This document shows, piece by piece, positions 45,989 through 49,619 of a stretch of DNA of 49,619 nt. The DNA is from a virus (Duplodnaviria > Caudoviricetes): positions 1 through 49,619 of IMG/VR virus record IMGVR_UViG_3300032239_001017, one strand, 5' to 3'. The notes under the pieces are model-generated. The model ran no database searches. It was not told the origin of the DNA and saw only the letters and a list, made by a program, of their open reading frames with translations. Position numbers and translations under genes: made by a program. Position 1 is the first letter of the stretch, and every line of letters begins with the position of its first letter.

Positions 45989-47083
45989 ATGAGTAAAGCA
46001 ACAATTGCATTTTTAACGTATGACTGGTCATGGGGAACACAGCCCCTTCAGCCAAATGGTTGCGCCTGGTACCGCTGTCTCTTGCCATCCCGAGAAATGA
46101 AAAAATATGAGTGGGGAACTGGAATGGGTTTTCCTGGATTCAATGAGCAATACGGATTCGGCCTAATGATTGAAGACACAAAAGCCATTCATGGATTTGA
46201 CATCATTGTATTCAAGTTGATTATGCATCAAAAGGTTCTTGATTCCATGGATGAGGCAAAGCGACTTGGCCAAGTTGTTGTTGTAGATATTGATGACTGG
46301 CATGACGGCCTGTCTCCAACAAACCGCGCTTACGCCGCCACTGACCCAAAAAACAATCCAGAAAATAACCGCGATATTTATGCGCAGATTATTGCAAAGG
46401 CAGATGCAGTAATAACATCTACACCATTCCTTGCTGCTTACTATGCCCAGAAGCATCCAAATGTTTACATGGTTCGTAATGGGATTGACATAGGGAGATG
46501 GAAGCGCAGGGTTGTTATTGCAACAGACAAACCAACGATTGGGTGGGTTGGGGCAACCCCATGGCGTTCAAATGACCTTGAATCAGTTGCGGACTCTGTA
46601 GGAAAGTTTCTCAATGACAATAAACTTCCATTTCATCATTCTGGATATACACCAGATGGTCCATCCGTTGCTGACCAACTTCAAATTGACCCAGAGAAGA
46701 TGACGACACTTCCTTTGGTCCCAATTCTTGACTATCCAAAATTGTTCACACCAATTGATATCGGGATAGTTCCACTAAGTGACATTGAGTTCAACCATGC
46801 AAAGTCTTTTATAAAAGGACTTGAATATGCTGCTGCTGGAATACCATTTGTTGCTTCATACTCTCCAGAGTACGAGTACTTAGCAGAATTAGGAATTGGT
46901 CGAGTAGCACACAATGCAAAAGAGTGGGAATATCACTTGAATGAATTAATGAGTGCTGAGATGCGACGTGATGAAGCAACTGTGAATCTTGAGAATCTAC
47001 ATAAATACTGCACGATGGAAGTTCGTGGTAAAGACTGGGATGCCGCTTATTCTGGAATCTATAGAGAGGCTTTTGAGAGTTAA
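45989..47083 (+). CDS. GT-B fold glycosyltransferase
   Basis: GCAWYR, DIDD, ADAVITST, IGWVG, DIGIVPL...KSFIKGLEYAAAGIPFVAS. Confidence 0.9.
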   Translation: MSKATIAFLTYDWSWGTQPLQPNGCAWYRCLLPSREMKKYEWGTGMGFPGFNEQYGFGLMIEDTKAIHGFDIIVFKLIMHQKVLDSMDEAKRLGQVVVVDIDDWHDGLSPTNRAYAATDPKNNPENNRDIYAQIIAKADAVITSTPFLAAYYAQKHPNVYMVRNGIDIGRWKRRVVIATDKPTIGWVGATPWRSNDLESVADSVGKFLNDNKLPFHHSGYTPDGPSVADQLQIDPEKMTTLPLVPILDYPKLFTPIDIGIVPLSDIEFNHAKSFIKGLEYAAAGIPFVASYSPEYEYLAELGIGRVAHNAKEWEYHLNELMSAEMRRDEATVNLENLHKYCTMEVRGKDWDAAYSGIYREAFES

Positions 47084-47652
47084 GATTTATTTTTAAATCT
47101 AAAGCACAATTGCCATTCTGCTTTTCCGATGACTGGCCATGTAAGTCCAGAAATATAAATATCGTGCCAAGAGTTTCCATTTGGAATTAAGTCAAATACG
47201 TTTTCGATATCTGGAAAACCCATTGATATCAAAAGTTTTTCAACGCGCTTTTCGTGCGCATTCCAATGGTGCGCTGCGCCGTCCCACCACTTAACAGTTT
47301 TATCTTCTGGTCCGATATCTGCATGTTCAAGTACAGATTCAACCAAATCCCAAGGTAGTCGGTTCTCATGCCAGAGTTTTATTGACTTGAGTGCATCTGG
47401 GCAAATAATCAAGATTGGAGCGCCTGGTTTAGCAACACGCGACATTTCTCTCAAAAAGTCTGGAACTTCTTCCCATTTAATATGTTCAAGCACGTGGCTC
47501 AACATCACCGCATCAAATGTTCCATCTTCAAATGGGTATGGTTTCCCTGCCTCTACAAGAACATCTGGTTTAGTGTCTTCGTTTTCCCAAACATCTGTAT
47601 TTATCCAGCCTTTTACATAGTGGGTTCCGCAGCCAGCATTGAGCAGTTTCAC
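47080..47652 (-). CDS. Class I SAM-dependent methyltransferase
   Basis: LNAGCG...FDAVMLSHVLEH...RVAKPGA. Confidence 0.9.
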   Translation of the reverse strand: MKLLNAGCGTHYVKGWINTDVWENEDTKPDVLVEAGKPYPFEDGTFDAVMLSHVLEHIKWEEVPDFLREMSRVAKPGAPILIICPDALKSIKLWHENRLPWDLVESVLEHADIGPEDKTVKWWDGAAHHWNAHEKRVEKLLISMGFPDIENVFDLIPNGNSWHDIYISGLTWPVIGKAEWQLCFRFKNKS

Positions 47653-48419
47653 GAGACGTTTCCACCTTCAATCGGGAAATACCATCCGCCCTTATGCTGT
47701 TTTGCTGATGGCATATCTTGACGGTGATTGATTCCAGAGTAGTGAGCAATTAATGATTTTCGTGGCATTCCAGTAATATTTGGTTCAGAGCCACGATGCA
47801 CAAGACGACCGTGCCAAAATAAAACATCTCCGCGTTCTGGAAGATAAGTAATTATTTCTGCATTGCGCTTTTCAATCTCTGCTTCAAATATTGGAGTAAG
47901 AATTCTTTCGCTGTGTTTAGGCCACGTGTGGTCTTGCTCATCTGGACCAAGTGCTGCAAGAATCTTTTCTCTAGTCACAACTGGCCACCGATGTGAACCA
48001 CGAACAAATTGAAATGGACCAGAATCTGGATGAATTGTTTCCAGTGCAATCCATACCGCTACGTAGTAATCGCCAACATTCGGAGGATTCAAATATGTGT
48101 CTTGATGCCAGTTGCGACGAGTTGTGACCCACCCAGTCAGATTTAAATGAACTCCTGCAGGCTCACCAATGAGGTCAGCCATAGTGTCATTAATAGCACT
48201 GTGAGTGAGAATCTCCATGACTTCTGGATGTCGACGATAAGGAGTGCAGTCAGGCCACCCACCAGGGCGCTCAGCATTATTCTCCATCCAGCACGTTTCA
48301 TAGTTGACCATTAAATCTTCTGGAATTAAGTTTTTCTTAATAACAAATCCATCTGCGTTCCAATCTTTTGGACTTGGTTCTGGCGCTGGAATTGTCAGGT
48401 CTTCTAATGTCAATGCCAT
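47649..48419 (-). CDS. Phytanoyl-CoA dioxygenase (PhyH)-family protein
   Basis: WHQD...VWIALE...GPFQFVRGSH...GDVLFWH...HRG. Confidence 0.92.
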   Translation of the reverse strand: MALTLEDLTIPAPEPSPKDWNADGFVIKKNLIPEDLMVNYETCWMENNAERPGGWPDCTPYRRHPEVMEILTHSAINDTMADLIGEPAGVHLNLTGWVTTRRNWHQDTYLNPPNVGDYYVAVWIALETIHPDSGPFQFVRGSHRWPVVTREKILAALGPDEQDHTWPKHSERILTPIFEAEIEKRNAEIITYLPERGDVLFWHGRLVHRGSEPNITGMPRKSLIAHYSGINHRQDMPSAKQHKGGWYFPIEGGNVS

Positions 48420-48444
48420 ATAAAAAGCGTACCATATAGTCGCA

Positions 48445-49086
48445 TTAGTTTATTTTTACTTCTCCTTCAAATTTATGCCCCTCTAGGTTGAAGTTTACAA
48501 ATGGATTTAGCGAATATATTTTGACCCCAAAATTCTCAAAAACCCATTGCTTTACCATGATTAGTTTTGTGTTGTATTCAGACCATGGATTATCGCCAGC
48601 GACATATCCAGAGAATCTGTCTACGCCATCAAGTTTTCCACAATCCGCTCCAACTAGAACGATGTGCTTTGCTCCCATATATGCTGCCAGATGAATTGCC
48701 CCATGGATACTTGAGTTCCCAATCATCAATCCAACTGCAGGGTTGTCCTTGCCAAAAGGGTTAAAACTGTTTCCAGGAACCCCTGTAGTTGTATCAAATA
48801 AAACAACATTTTCGGGCAAGTGACCAGACCAGACTTCTCTATTTCCGTGCTCTTTCCTCGGCGTAAATACAAATCGCGATGATTCAGACATTTCTAGAGA
48901 ATCAGCATGGTAATGAGAAAACGTAAAATAATTGGCAATCTTAAAAGCCCTGCCCACAAAATTTACACCTATGCAAATCTTGTCATCAAAAAATGAAGGG
49001 TCAAGATGGTCAAGCGAACCGCCAGAACCCAACACCCAAATAGTCTCGCCTTTATGGCAGTCCTTGAAAGATTCAAGCGTTCTCAC
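48445..49086 (-). CDS. MptE-like / DUF115 (Maf or sialyltransferase-like) protein
   Basis: FKDCHKGETIWVLGSGGSL...IGVN...AIHLAAYMGAKHIVLVGAD; likely GTG start after TATAAT (the track ATG is at 49104). Confidence 0.75.
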   Translation of the reverse strand: MRTLESFKDCHKGETIWVLGSGGSLDHLDPSFFDDKICIGVNFVGRAFKIANYFTFSHYHADSLEMSESSRFVFTPRKEHGNREVWSGHLPENVVLFDTTTGVPGNSFNPFGKDNPAVGLMIGNSSIHGAIHLAAYMGAKHIVLVGADCGKLDGVDRFSGYVAGDNPWSEYNTKLIMVKQWVFENFGVKIYSLNPFVNFNLEGHKFEGEVKIN

Positions 49087-49152
49087 GCAGAAATTATAAC
49101 CCATATGGGCTACAAGGGCTATCTAATGAAATAGTTTTATTATATAGCAGTT

Positions 49153-49619
49153 ATGAGACTTCGCCAAGGCTTTTGGATAGTTATCCCTGTGCTGTTATTG
49201 GCATTGTTCGGTCCAATTTCATCTGCCAAGGCTGACAACTTTACGACCACTGGAGCACATGACTTTTTCTTTGAGTTACAACAGCCACAGTTATTTACTG
49301 CTCGCGCCTATGCTTGGCAATACGGGATTGACTCTCAACTGTGGCTTTACGATTCGAACAACACTGTTGTAGCCGTAAACGATGACTGGTTTGGTCTTGA
49401 CTCATATATTTCAAGAAACCTAAGTGCTGGAACGTATCGCCTGCGGACCAGCGTTTGCTGTGGAGACCCAAATCGTTGGTATGGAAATTCATACGTTGTT
49501 GATGTAAATATCACGCCATCAAATGCCCCTACAACAACAACGACTACAAGCACTACGACAACAACAACGACTACTACCACGACTACCACTACGACTACTA
49601 CTACGACGACAACAATTCC
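49153..49619 (+). CDS. Truncated secreted protein with PPC-like beta domain and poly-Thr linker
   Basis: Hand translation MRLRQGFWIVIPVLLLALFGPISSAKA (signal)...DSQLWLYD...VAVNDD...LSAGTYRL...PTTTTTTSTTTT...; open to the window end. Confidence 0.8.
   Translation, partial: MRLRQGFWIVIPVLLLALFGPISSAKADNFTTTGAHDFFFELQQPQLFTARAYAWQYGIDSQLWLYDSNNTVVAVNDDWFGLDSYISRNLSAGTYRLRTSVCCGDPNRWYGNSYVVDVNITPSNAPTTTTTTSTTTTTTTTTTTTTTTTTTTTTI

Noticed and set aside
49347-49589. Poly-Val minus-strand ORF
   Set aside because: Antisense shadow of the poly-Thr tract.
1-49619. tRNA genes, integrase, introns/inteins, stop-codon reassignment
   Set aside because: None recognised by eye. Core genes (TerL, MCP, portal) are uninterrupted in the standard code and all three stop codons terminate genes. 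tRNAscan/Infernal were not run.

Overview
The window is about 50 kb of a tailed dsDNA phage (Caudoviricetes) with an HK97-type head module. The host is probably an actinobacterium, possibly Acidimicrobiia; this is inferred from Gram-positive-type LexA boxes, apparent leaderless promoters, the SSB style and a poly-Thr secreted protein. Layout: (1) 1-560, a GC-rich non-coding block with ~18 same-strand GAGCCC motifs plus LexA-, DnaA- and CRP-like sites. (2) 0.6-10.4 kb, small genes, TerS/TerL, HNH, lytic transglycosylase, exonuclease, a DUF1599-like protein and SSB. (3) 10.5-23.8 kb, a portal-MuF fusion, a 945-aa multi-domain prohead protease, scaffold-like protein, phosphoesterase, major capsid protein, Dps and neck genes. 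(4) 23.8-34.6 kb, fibre/adhesin genes including a 2313-aa repeat protein and an Fn3-like protein ending in PPYF-(PPFF)8-PPAFK. (5) 34.6-49.1 kb, a tailoring island with 12 Fe(II)/2OG dioxygenases (10 prolyl-4-hydroxylase-like), DUF6065, a catalytically altered glutathione peroxidase, methyltransferases, a glycosyltransferase and an MptE/Maf-like protein. The best candidate for a new system is the polyproline/Phe repeat tag sitting directly upstream of the prolyl-hydroxylase and glycosylation array, which could be a virion post-translational modification pathway. The second is the protease polyprotein, which carries a copy of the capsid protein's predicted mature N-arm fused to an Arg-rich peptide. 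All family calls come from motif recognition by eye; no database searches were run.
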